Part shown: piece after piece, positions 50,315 through 62,309 of the stretch
Numbering within the stretch: the first letter of the stretch is position 1
How the letters are laid out: each line of letters starts with the position of its first letter
Notes under the pieces: generated by a model
Database searches by the model: none
What the model saw: the letters and a program-made list of their open reading frames with translations, nothing else
What the model was told of the DNA's origin: nothing
Position numbers and translations under genes: made by a program
From: Vicugna vicugna
Lineage: Eukaryota
Assembly: GCA_013265495.1 (NCBI GenBank)
Contig: MU058531.1
Coordinates: forward strand, 3,844,911-3,908,910
DNA: 64,000 nucleotides
Direction of reading: 5' to 3'

Positions 50315-50457
50315 GGCACAAACGTAAGTAATATCATTGATTTCTGTGCTGCATGATGGAAAAGAATTCCCCAACCCAGAAATGTCTGATCCTGGCCACT
50401 TCCTGGATGGGAATGGCAACTTTAAGAAGACCGACTACTTCATGCCTTTCTCAGCAG
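50315..50457 (+). pseudogene. CYP2C: Unit 2 exon 8 (143 bp, +1 frameshift)
   Basis: ctag|GGCACAAAC...TCAGCAG|gtaata; downstream frame reads [38 protein letters not shown]. Confidence 0.93.
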
Positions 50458-51180
50458 GTAATAAAAAGTTACTTTTTTTTATTACTCCAGAAGACAAGCT
50501 ATTTCAGGGGGATCAGTTGGAGCTATGTAGTTCCCACTCTGGGGCTGGTACAAATGCTCTTTCTTTGTGATGATGAGCAGCAATCCCAGTACACACATGC
50601 TTTCTCTCCCCATGATACATTCTGATTATTGGACTACCTCACTAGACCTTGGAGAAGTGACCCAGTTCTTCCAAATTCAGAAATAAAATTTGAGCTAGAT
50701 ACTAAAAATATAAGAGAAGTGCATCTTAGCCAAAAGGAACCATGTGTTATAAAACTTGAAACTTCAGGGTGTGTTGGAGATTGATGAAGATTAGATATAC
50801 TTAGATTAGAGAACAGAGGCTGTAAGGAATGGAAAGAAAGATGTTGGGACCATCAGACCAGGAACATAATTCAGTGAATGTATGTGTGTTCCTAGAAGAT
50901 TGATGAAAACTTGAAATTATGAAATTGTAGTTATAATGTAAGAATATGAGTGAAGTGCTTGGCATAGTGCTGATATTCAATAAACAGTAGTTGAAAGAAG
51001 CATACCCGTTTAGATAAGATGTCAGGTGCATAGCATGTGTGTTCACCCTTAGTCCATGTGTCTATTCAGTGATCCTGCCTACCATTCAACCATCCATCAA
51101 ATAGTTACTGCATAGCCTTTTTCTGACAGCCAGAAACACAGTGTTCAAGGACTATGTATTATCTGTGTCTGTTATTTCAG

Positions 51181-51362
51181 GGAAATGGATTTGTGCAGGA
51201 GAGGGCCTGGCCCACATGGTGCTGTTTTTATTCCTGACCACAATTTTATAAGCATTTACCTTGAAATCTGTGGTTGACCCAAAGGACATTGTCACCACCC
51301 CAGTTGCCAATAGGTTAATTTCTGTACCACCTCCTTACCAGCTCTACCTCATTCCTATGTGA
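51181..51362 (+). pseudogene. CYP2C: Unit 2 exon 9 (premature TAA at 51249; heme motif R>W)
   Basis: ttcag|GGAAATGGATTTGTGCAGGAGAGGGC; translates [35 protein letters not shown]...YQLYLIPM*. Confidence 0.93.
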
Positions 51363-51959
51363 GGAAAGGTAGATCATATGGCTTCTTCAGTACTGTTGCC
51401 TTCAAATACCTCTCATGTGGGGCATCATTCACCTGTTTCCCATCAGTCTTCCCCAAGAATGCTTTCTCTGATCTCTCCTCTCTTCACTGTGTAGTTTCAC
51501 TGCAAAAATTCATCTGCTGTTCTTTATACTCAATAACATCTGTATCAGCCACCATATATGCTAGTACTTTTATAATATTGAGTAGTACTATGTACACAGT
51601 ACTAGGTACTACTTACAAAATAAAATAAGATGAGTAGTGTATGCCAATGCAAGCCATTTCTCATGTTGTAAATAAAAAATTACAATTTGGGTGAGCCAGT
51701 TCTCACACTTTCATTCATTTGCTCTTGTTGTAGGTAAGAAAGGATGAAAAAAATGCAAAGAGATCATGCTAGTCCTCATAGTGATATGCACAGAGAAGGC
51801 CAAAGGGAAGGAGAGCAGAAAAGCTCCCTTGGCTGTGTGCCTAGAGTTATGTGAGGTTTGGATTTGAAAGTGAGAGAAATTGTTTTCAGGAGCACCTTCA
51901 CCCTGTAGGGAAATACTAAGATCAGCCATGGTGAGAAAGTAAATTCAAAGTAAACCATA

Positions 51960-54900
51960 GAATGTACAAATGAAAATCAGAACAGAAAGCATTGAAATTG
52001 TATGCAGGAAATCACTAGGAAAAAAAAACAGTGAATCAGGTTCTTTGAAAATATAGAAAAAAAAATTATAGAATTGATAAACCCATAGCCAGGCTACCTA
52101 CCCCCCCCAAAGCAAGAAGACAGAAGTTACACAAGTTGTAATTAAAAGAGGGGGCATCTCTTTGATGACATGGACCTTACAGTGATAATAAAGGAATATT
52201 AGGAACAACTGTATGTTCACCAACTTGATAACTGAAATAGGACAATTCCTTAAGTACACAGACTTACAGGAAGGAGTAACATCAGTCACATGGCACGATA
52301 GTAAGCTCTGAACTCTCCTTCTCCACTGAACACACTGATTCAGAGCAACATGTGAATAAATTTCCTCATGAAAAAAATCCAGAAACTAGTTGAAAGCCTA
52401 ACGTACTCTTTGTGAATGTGAATCCAGCTACATCAAAGCCAGAAAGAAAAGCAGGGACACATTTTCGACCTAACTACCAACTCCAGCAAAGTGCCATGTA
52501 TTGAGCAGGAGCCCCCAGCTCCCAGATTCTGCCTCAGGAGCAAAGGAGTTGGCATGTACCTCTGGCATTCCAAACGTTTACAACTTTTGAGGGGGAATTG
52601 CATGAGGAACTGGGTTCTATGTTACTTGTCTTGGAGCACTGAGAGAAATCAGCATATTCTAGACACCTACAGATTGCTAGAACAAGAAAAGCAGGCTAGA
52701 CTAGCACCCAAGTTTGAAAAACCTTCAAACTCTTAGGCTGAGCTGTTTGGTGAGCTAGTTTCCTGCATAAGAATAGTCAGTGAAGACTGTGAGAAGTGAC
52801 TGTCTGATATACCGATAGTAATGCAGAGTGTCAAGGAAAAATGAAGAAACAGGGTATATATGATTTAACTGAAAGATAAGTCAAAGTAACAGTTACAACA
52901 GTTATCACTGGGTTTAGGTGAACAATAAAAAAGGATGCAAGAAGTTCAACAAAAGAAAATTTAAAAGCCCCCAACAGAAATAGAGCTGAAGAATACAATA
53001 ATTGAACTGAGAAGTCTTTAGAGTGTTCAACAACAGAGTAGATCAAGAAGAAAGAATCAGTGAACTAAAAGTTAGGTCATTGGAAATTATTCAGTCAGGG
53101 GAGGAAAAAGGAAGAAGAAGGAAAAAAGAAAAGAAGTGTAAGGGACACATGGAACACCACTAAGTGAATCAATATATGCAATACAAGAGTCCTAGAAAGG
53201 GAAGAGAGAAAGAGAAAGGACTAGAGAGCTTATTCCAAGTAATAATAACAGAAAACTTTCCAAATCTGGGGAAATCATTGGAGGTAAAAATCCTGCACAT
53301 ATAAAGAACTTAAAAAAAAATCTTCCTGAATCAGTTTGTGAGGCTAGCATTACCCAAATTTCTAAAGCAAACAATGAGATTACAAAAGAGGAAACGCACA
53401 GACCAATATTTCTCATGAACTTAGATTCAAAAATCCTCAGCAAAATTTCAACAAATCAAATCCAATAATGTCCCAGTAAGATTTGTTTCAGGTATGCAAG
53501 ACTGTTTCAATATTTGAAAATTAAATAATGTACCCTGTCCCATCAACATATTAAAGAAGAGAAATGACAAAACTGTGTACTTATATATGTATAAAAATCA
53601 TCAGACAAAACCCAAAACTCATTCCTGATAAAAACTCTTAGCAAACTATGAATGGAGGGATTTCTTCAACTTGAGAAAGAACATTACAAAAAACATCACA
53701 CCTAACATCACTGTTAATATTGAGAAACTAGAAATTTTCCTGCTATGATCAGGTGTAAGGCAAGATGTCCCCTCTCATCATTTCTTTCTGACATTATAGT
53801 GGAATTCCTAGCTAAAGAATTAAGGCAAAAAAAGGAATTAAGAGGTATATTGATTTAAAAGGAAGAAATAAAACTCTTTTTGTTTCAGACAATGTGATAG
53901 TGTATGTAGAAAATTGCAAAGACTTTTAGAGCCTCCTGGAACTAATAAGAAATTTTACCATGGTTGAAGTATACAACGATAACATCCAACCATCAATTTC
54001 TTTCTTATATCCTAGCAATGAACAATTGAAATTTGACAATTAAACACAATATTATATACAATAAAAAAAGAAATACTTAGATATGTATCTTGCAAAATCT
54101 GCCCAAGTTCTATTTGAAGAAAACTATAAAATGCTGATGAAGGAAACCAAAGAGGATCTAAGTAATTGGGAATGTAGTCCACATCCATCAATAAGAGGTC
54201 TCAATATTGTTTAGTTTTCAGTTCTACCCAGTTTAATCTATAGGTTCTATGTGATCCTAATCAAAATCTCAGCATGTTTTTTTTAGATGTCAACAGTGTT
54301 TTATAAAGTATATATGGACAAGTTAGAGACCCAGAATAGTCAGCACAGTATTGAAGAAGAACAGAGTCAGAGCACTGACACTATCTTACTTCAAGACTTG
54401 CTCTAAATCTACAGTGATCAAGATAGTATGGTATTGATGAAAGCATAGACTAATAATTCAGTGGAAAGAAGAGAGTCCAGAAATAGGTAGATACAAATAT
54501 AGTCAATATAGTCAACTGATCTTTGACAAGGAGGAAAGCAATTCAGCGGAAAAGGATAGTCTTTTCAACAAATGCTCCTGCAAATTCTAAATATCCTCTC
54601 TCTTAAACACACACAAAGATACACACATCTGATTTTATAGCCTTCACAAATGTTAACTCAAATTTAGAATCATAAATCTAAATGTAAAATGCAAAACTGT
54701 AAAACTCCTAGAAAATAATGTATAAGAAAATACTAGATGACCTTGGTTTTGACATAGATTTTTATGTATATCACTAAAGGTACAATCCATGAAAAACTTG
54801 TTAATTTAGATTTCATTAAAGTAACAACTTCTGCTCTGTGAAAGACACTGTCAAGGGAATGAGAGGAGAAGCTATTGACTGGGAAAAAAACATTTGCAAA

Positions 54901-55955
54901 AGACATCTGATGCAGGACTTCTATCCAGAATGTTCTAAGAAAACTTAAAACTCAACAATCAGAAATATAACAACCCAATTTAAAAATGGGCAAAATATCT
55001 GAACAGACACCTCACCAAAGTAGATATATAAATGGAAAATAAGCATATGAAGATACTTAACATCATATATTATTAGGGACTTGCAAACAAAAATAACAAT
55101 GGGATACCACCACAGACATATAGGATGGCTAAAATCCAAATCATTGACAAAACAGAACATTGGCAAGGACATGGAAGCAGCAAGGACCATTGGTCATTGT
55201 TGGTGGGATTACAAAATGGTATCACCACTTTGGAAGACAGCTGTTTTTTGCAAAACTGAACATATGTTTCCCATATGAAACAGTCTGTGGTATTTATCCA
55301 AAGAGTTGATAATTTATGCCTCTATAAAAACCTGCACTTGGATGTTTATAGTTGCTTTATTCATAATTGCCAATACTTGGAAACAGCCAAGATGCCCTTC
55401 AGTAGGTGAATGGATTAACAAACTTTAGTGCATCCATACAATTGAATATTATTTCTTTGTTAGAAAAAAAATAAGCTATCTAACCATGAAAAAACATGGA
55501 AGAACTTTATGAGAATAAGTGAGAGAAACCAATCTGAAGACTACATACTGCGATTCCAACTATACGACTTTCTGGAAAAGGCAAAATTACAGATACAGTA
55601 AAAAGATCAGTGGTTGCCAGGGATTTGGTATGAGGGAAGGATGAATAAGTGAATCACAGAGCATTTGTAGGGCAGTGCAGCTATTCTGTATGATAGTACA
55701 TTGATGAATATAAATCATAATGGTTTTCTCAAAACCCATAGAATATATGACACATAGTGTAAAACTTACATAAACCATGGACTTTAATTGATAGTGCTGT
55801 CAGTGTTTGTTCATTGATTGAAACAAATGCACCATTGCTGGTGAGGGTTGTTGATCGGGGAGGCTTTGTGGTATGGTAAGGTTGCAATATTGAAACTGTT
55901 CTTTCTGACAAGTTTTGCTGCGAACCTAAAGCTTCCTTAAGAAAATAACTTCTAA
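51960..55955 (+). mobile_element. Old intergenic LINE-1 (ORF2 and 3'UTR) with a nested L1 5'/ORF1 fragment at ~52270-53280
   Basis: L1 ORF2 motifs throughout (aaaatcctcagcaaaat; caactgatctttgacaagg; cattgttggtgggattacaaaatgg). Confidence 0.85.
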
Positions 55956-55969
55956 ATTAAGTGAAATAT

Positions 55970-58140
55970 GCAAGATTTGCATTCCTCTGTGATTGTGGAG
56001 GGTTTAATGTTGATGCCATCTGGATAATATGGACCACAATGGGAATTCTATTTGATGTGAGGTATCACTAAACAGGGAGTTGAAAAACCTAAGATAAGGA
56101 ATCGTACTGATGCTCTGGTCACACTTTATCTCACTGAGACATACACTGTTCACTTGAAAAAATAAACGTCAAATGAGTTGATCTCAGAGATCCATTTTAT
56201 CCTTAAATTATCTATGACTCTTTCATTCCATTAAAAGCAAGAGCCAGTCTGAAGCCTCAGCAGAAAGGAGGAGGTGCAGAGCAGGACAGCTCTTACTCAA
56301 GGAATAAAATGGTTGCTAAAAGAGAGTGACTGAGCTTTTTTTAAGCTGGTGTGGTTCAGTGAGAGTTAGAGGCATGTAAGTTAGGCAGCAAGTTAGTGCT
56401 TCAGTTTTTCCTGGTTAAAGTATTCATGAGACCTGAGTGCATTCAAGTTCTAAAGGTTACAAAACTAAACTTTCCTGCCTTCTCATTTAGATAAGTAGGT
56501 GCTGTAATTATTAACTATCTTAATATTTATTTTGAAAGTCACTGATAAGGGTGAATCATGAAATATTGAGTAATGTATCAGTTGACTAAAGTCCGCTCAG
56601 AAGAGAGTATAATACAGATGGAGGTGATTGGTCACTTTATGAGTAAAAGGGCCACAAGTCAATTAGCAGTAAATGATGGTGTAGCCGGTTGAACAGTTCT
56701 TTCTGCTTTAAAGGAAGAATCTAACAGCCGTGGATATGGGTTCCAATCTGAGCTCTACTACCTGTAGTCTGCGTCTTTGCCTCATGTGCTGAATCTCAGA
56801 GAACCTGCTTCTTCATCCCTAAGATGGGATAATTTACGTTAGACAAATTAATGAAATCAAAAGAGATGATGGGCAAGAAAATTCTATGTAAATTGTCAAT
56901 CTCCCTAGTAACATGAGGGCTAAAACGTTCTGGAACTGGGGGTTTGACAAAAGTTAATTTTTCCTTACTAAATAGCTTAAAAATAATAGCGCTAACATTT
57001 AGAACAAATATGTTGACACTTGTATAGAATTCAGATTTGTGCACATATTGTCATTATTGATCTAGTAATTATATCGTTCCAGGGATACTTAGATCCTCTT
57101 GAGCCCTGCAGTTCCTCTCTAGTTTAGTTACGCATGTTGGGGTGCTTCTGTGCTGTGGGTACATATAATGAGAACCCCACCTTCTCTCCAGTACTGCTTT
57201 GCAATTGTTGTTCTTTCTATAATTTCCCTTCTTGGTTTGCATTGTTCAGTCCATTATTTCTCACAATGACAGACTGGAAAACAACAGGACAAGCTATGTA
57301 TGGAAGTGACTGCAAGACGGGGAAAGATGGTATCTCAAGCTGTACTTACCAAATTCTTTTTCAGTTACATTGAAATTTTGAGATTAAGTCTTTTTACTGA
57401 GTTACACTGAGCAAACTTCATCTCTGCAGTGATAGAGAGGAAGAAACCCTCTATTTTTTCTTGTCTTGAGAACCTGTGGCTCTGTTATCTTTGGACTCTT
57501 ACATTAACGTGAAGCCAGTTATTTTGTGAACAGTCATTGGGGTATATATTCAGAGAAACTTGTGTTTGGGAGGTTTTGATTTGTTTTGCTAAAATTTTTT
57601 CTTGAGACAGCTGTAATTAGTGTATGCAAAACCCAAAATAAAACAAGACATCATAATAGGCTTTGCAGGGTAAACTTTTTTTTATATACAAGGCATAAAA
57701 TAACTGCCCCAAAAGGCATAAACTCCCAATTAGTCATGAATCTAAGAATGTAGAATTTTGAGCAATTTTCGTAAGTCATTTATTTCAGTGTTTCTTAATC
57801 CTGGCTGTACATTTTAACCACCTGAGTTTTTTTTCTTCCCTTTTTTAACTGCCAATACCTGGAATCCAACCAGTTCAATTAAACCAAAATCTCCACAATA
57901 GGCACTATAAAGGGGAGTGAGACTAAAGAACATTATTTTTGTCTTTGTTGTTTGACTACTAGAGTCCACTCTTCTGAGAGTATAAAATGGAAGATGATTA
58001 GTCACTTTATGAGTCAAAGAGGCATGAGTCAGTTATCAGAGAGTGTTGTAAAAGCTTTGGATTTCAAGCTCATAATTGAGTAAGAAAGAAAAGAAAGCTT
58101 CAGTGGATTCACTTGTGGTCCTGGTGTACTGTCTGTCCCA
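55970..58140 (+). repeat. Upstream/promoter paralogy with ~41280-44930
   Basis: Shared colinear blocks (aatgttgatg; ctcaaggaataaaa; tgaagcc...ttattttgtgaacagtca; MER5-like relic) apart from unit 2-specific LTR insertions. Confidence 0.88.
58103..58138 (+). pseudogene. CYP2C: Unit 3 exon 1 5' remnant (ATG>GTG)
   Basis: gcttcaGTGGATTCACTTGTGGTCCTGGTGTACTGTCTGTCC aligns with unit 2 exon 1, then homology breaks. Confidence 0.8.
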
Positions 58141-58271
58141 TAAAATATATGGGAATTGGTGTACCAACTACCCAGGCCACTGCCTGGTACCTTACAGACT
58201 GTGTAAGTGTCAGATAAAACAATCACTTTCATATTATGTACAGTTTGGAAATATTTGAAGATGTATGTTGC

Positions 58272-58292
58272 AGAAAGCTAATAAAGTACACG
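58272..58292 (+). pseudogene. CYP2C: Unit 3 exon 2 3' remnant
   Basis: AGAAAGCTAATAAAGTACACG|gtagc is followed by a 172-bp intron, matching the short CYP2C intron 2. Confidence 0.6.
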
Positions 58293-58464
58293 GTAGCTGG
58301 GCATGTGTGCATGTTCAGCATTGGTAATGGGGGTGGGGAGGGTTGGAAAAGAGCCCCCCCGCCCCCCGCCAGCAGAGCTTGGTCCATCTACAAGGCTGGC
58401 AAGTGTCAGCTCACTCCTCTTTGCCTAGGACCTCCCTCCTAGTCTCTGTTTCCCCTCCTGGTAG

Positions 58465-58614
58465 GAATTGTGTCCAGCAGTGGAAAGAAGTGGAAGGAGA
58501 TCTGCCTCTTCTCCCTCAGGACCCCACGGAATTTCAGGATGGGGAAGAGGAGCATTGAGGACTGTGTTCAAGAGGAAGCCTGCTGCCTTGTGGAGGAGTT
58601 GAGGAAAACCAATG
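58465..58614 (+). pseudogene. CYP2C: Unit 3 exon 3 (150 bp, open frame, WxxxR motif lost)
   Basis: gtag|GAATTGTG...ACCAATG|gtggtg; translates [50 protein letters not shown]. Confidence 0.93.
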
Positions 58615-60706
58615 GTGGTGAGTCTGTACTCTATAACTGACTTTAACAGTCTGCTCATTTTTCTAGTTACATCCTTGGAAACAGTTCATGGGCGCCACAT
58701 CTTTCATATGGGTAGTGGTGTGTGCAGGAGGGAGAGAGAAGAGAGAGAGTCATGGGGGCTTTTGTGTATCTATGTAGTGTGTGTACACCCATGCAGTGTA
58801 TTGTGCATAAAGTGTGGGTATAAAAGATCATTTAATCCTATTCTGTTACAGGTTTTTGTTGGTTGGTTTGTTTTTAAACTATTTTTTGAGTCATTTTTCT
58901 AAGAATGAAAGAATAATGTTTTCTGCATAATGTAAATGTGGGTTATGTATTTCAGAACATTACACCAGAGAATACTTGTTAAGTGGGTTAAGTGGACAAG
59001 ATGGTAATGACCTCTTAACATCCTTAGGGAGTATGAAACAAGCAACACATGCTTTCACTTAATTGTACCATATTCATATGATCAACCTAATTGATATGCC
59101 ATGTGAGAGTTTATTCTGGGATCCCTGCCTACAGTTCTGGCCTATATTGACAGCTTTCTAAGGTTTTAGGGAGATTTTTGTGCAATTCTTGAGTATTTTG
59201 ATTTCTCTGTGAATACAGCACTATTTCAAAAATATCAGTGTTAATTACTTATTATTACCAAGTGCTCATTGTATTATCTATATATTTTGAGTAAATACTA
59301 CAGAATAATTCTGCAAAATACACAAATACCAAGTTAAATGTGATTTATTTAACTAGATTTCAACTATTATCAATAATTCTTTACTTTTTCTTACTGAAAT
59401 ATAATTTAACTCTGTTTTCAGTTTTGCTTGTCTTTTTCCTCATCCTTTTTGGATTTTCATTACAAATTTATGGAAGTATTTCCCTCCCACTGACAGCTCT
59501 GGTAATCTGTGGAGTGCATGTCACAGTGCTTGTGATGTTCAGCTTATATTCCAAATGACACTATTTTTAAAAAGTTCTCTCTTCCAAATGAAGTGAAGGG
59601 AATATATGATAATAAGATTTTACCTGGGAATCACATGTACATGAAGAAATTTTTGAAGTTTCCCAAGTTCCCTTTATCTTCATAGCTAAAAAATACTTTC
59701 TGAGAGCCTAGAGTTCTCAGGGTTTAAAGGAGTCTGACATAGAAGCAGATATCTCAATAGGGTTTCTATCATTTGACGCCCTTACAGTGTCCTTACAACA
59801 CTCTTGATTCAGATCATCCCTAATTTTGTCAATAAATGTGAGTTTCAGAGTTTTATGTACAAAGTTTACTGATCGTTTGATTGCAACAATTTTATAGATC
59901 TCTCACCATAAATATAAAACCATCATTTATGAAATGATAGACCTGTCCTAGGTGATTGTTAAATTTTAATATTTACTAATACATACTGTTCTGTTGTTAG
60001 CTAACAGAAATATATCACAGAGAGTCATAAGAGTGTGCCTTAGTCCAAATATATTAAATATGTGGATTGATTAGAGATGATGGACATTTATTTACTAGGG
60101 AAGGAAATTATCTTATTATTTTTAATAATGAAATCAGAAACAAACATTCCACTTATCAATATAATTTTTTGTTTGCCCTACCTGGGCTTTATGTTTGATA
60201 TAAAAATTCTCATTTTATATTTATAAGATAGATTTTGTAAACAAATCTTAAAATTTCTGTTCATTTGTATTAGTGTTTTTTCTCATACGTTATGCACTTT
60301 CTACACTTGTTCCTTCAATTCCTCGATTTCTCTCTTTAATTTCTATTTCTTCTCTACTGATTCTACACACAAGTTTTTCAACTATTCGTTATATATAGAA
60401 AGTTTTGAAGTCCATAACTATTGCTTCCCTTTTCATATCAGTGATTTAATGTCTGTAGGATTTACAGACAGATGTAATTTTGCACTGATAACTTGAATTC
60501 TTATGTATTATTTTACAAATGGCCTGTTTAAATGTTTTTTCCTATTTTCGTTCTAAAAAGGGTGTAAATAAAGGCTGTGGATTTGAATTGAATAATTAGA
60601 GAAGACATTATTTAATTACATTGTAATGGTCAACTCAAGTTCAACATAAAATTGATGTGTTGACTGTGAAAAACTCTGTTTTCAGTTTTGCTTGTCCTTT
60701 TCCTCA

Positions 60707-61381
60707 TATTTCTCAAAAAACTAAAAATAGAACTGAGATATGAGCCAGCAGTTCCACTCCTGGTTATGTATCCAAAGAAAAAGAAAACACTAATTGGAAA
60801 GGATACATGCATCCCAGTGTTCATAGAAGCAGTATTTATAATGGCCAAGATGTGGAAGCAACCAAAGTGTCCATCAACAGATGGATGAATAAGAAGATAC
60901 AGTGTACACACACACACACACACGCAATGGAATACTACTCAGCCACAAAAACGAAAGAAATATTGCCATTTGTAGCAACATGGCTGGATTTGGAAGGCAT
61001 TATGCTTAATGAAATGTCAGACAGAGAAAGACATGCATGATATCATTCATATATGGAATCTAAAAAAATACAACAAAATGGTAAATAAAATAGATGAAGA
61101 GTCCTGGAAGAGAACAAATTAGTGCTTACAAGTGGGGAGAGGGGAGGAGATGGGGCAATAAGAAGAGTAGGGGATTTAAAAGAACAAACTATTTTGTATA
61201 AAATAAGCTATAAGGATATATTGTACAACAAGAAGAATACAACAGATATTTTATAGTAAGTATGAATGGAATATAACCTTTAAAAATTGTGAATTACTAT
61301 ATCATACACCTGCAAATTCTGTAATACTATATACTATATCAACTATACTTCAATAAAAATATGTAAAAATTTAAAAACAAA
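60707..61381 (+). mobile_element. 5'-truncated LINE-1 (ORF2 end and 3'UTR), sense within unit 3
   Basis: Peptide FLKKLKIELRYEPAVPLL...[28 protein letters not shown]. The 3'UTR ends aactatacttcaataaa followed by an A-rich tail. Confidence 0.92.
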
Positions 61382-61816
61382 GTATACAATTCAGTGAGAT
61401 GTAACTCATTCACAATGTGGTGTACCCATGGTTACTATCTAGCTCCAAATCATTTTAATTACTCTAAAAGGAAATCCTCTACCCATTAAGCAGTCATTGC
61501 CCATTCCTCCGTCCCTCCAGCTCCTGACAATGACTCATCTGTTTCTGTTGAATAGATTTGCTATCTGTCATTTTTAATCAGATCAGCCTGTATTTAATAA
61601 AGTCCTATAAACAGATTCCAAATGTATCTGACTTAAGAGCCAGCAGAGGCTCCCATTTTAAACTATAATCCACATATGAGATGTATGAAAACTGAAGTGA
61701 TGAAATAGAGCAAAGGGTTGGACAGAAGCAGTGTCTAAACATTGTGGTCAGTAAGGAGATTCAGAGATCTAGCACCCAAGTACCCAAATACTCAGTATTT
61801 CAAATGCTGTTGGAGT

Positions 61817-61951
61817 GAGGGAGGGTATAGCTCAGTGGTAGAGTACGTGCTTAACATGCATGAGGTTCTGGGTTCAATCCCTAGTACCTCCATGAAAAAT
61901 TAAATGAATTAACCTAATTACCTCCCTCCCCCCTCAAAAAAAAGTAGAAAT
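61817..61951 (+). mobile_element. tRNA-derived SINE (vic-1-like, camelid)
   Basis: A box TAGCTCAGTGG, B box GGTTCAATCC and an A-rich tail. 15-bp TSD aaatgctgttggagt (61802) / aaatgctattggagt (61952). The paralogous site at ~26260 is empty. Confidence 0.9.
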
Positions 61952-62167
61952 AAATGCTATTGGAGTCCACTTTAGTAACATCACTGACACTGGTCTTAAA
62001 CTCATCCCTGTTATTACTTGCTGTGTCTGGGTGGAAATGCTGCTACCCTCCTTTGGACCTAGGATTCCGCATCTGTAGATCAAAAGATGGGACTAAATGA
62101 TTTGCAAAATTTCTTCCAGCTCTAGCACTTTGTTATAACTCATTTTATCTTCATCTGTTCATTCCAA

Positions 62168-62309
62168 GGCATGACAGTATTAAAATCGCTGACTTCTGTG
62201 CTACATAAAGACAAAGAATTCCCCTACCAAGAGGTGTTTGACCCTGCCTACTTCTTGGATGTTAGTGGCAGCTTTAAGAAGGGTGACTGCCTCGTGGCTT
62301 TCTCAGCAG
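62168..62309 (+). pseudogene. CYP2C: Unit 3 exon 8 (142 bp; acceptor AG>AA)
   Basis: attccaa|GGCATGACA...TCAGCAG|gtaata; translates [47 protein letters not shown]. Confidence 0.93.

Larger units (their letters stand above)
44900..51362 (+). pseudogene. CYP2C: CYP2C pseudogene, unit 2 (exons 1, 7, 8, 9; exons 2-6 deleted)
   Basis: Four recognisable exons, each with a stop, a frameshift or a lost splice site. Confidence 0.93.

Noticed and set aside
61819..61892. tRNA gene
   Set aside because: The tRNA-like head is followed by a SINE body, an A tail and TSDs, and the paralogous site is empty.
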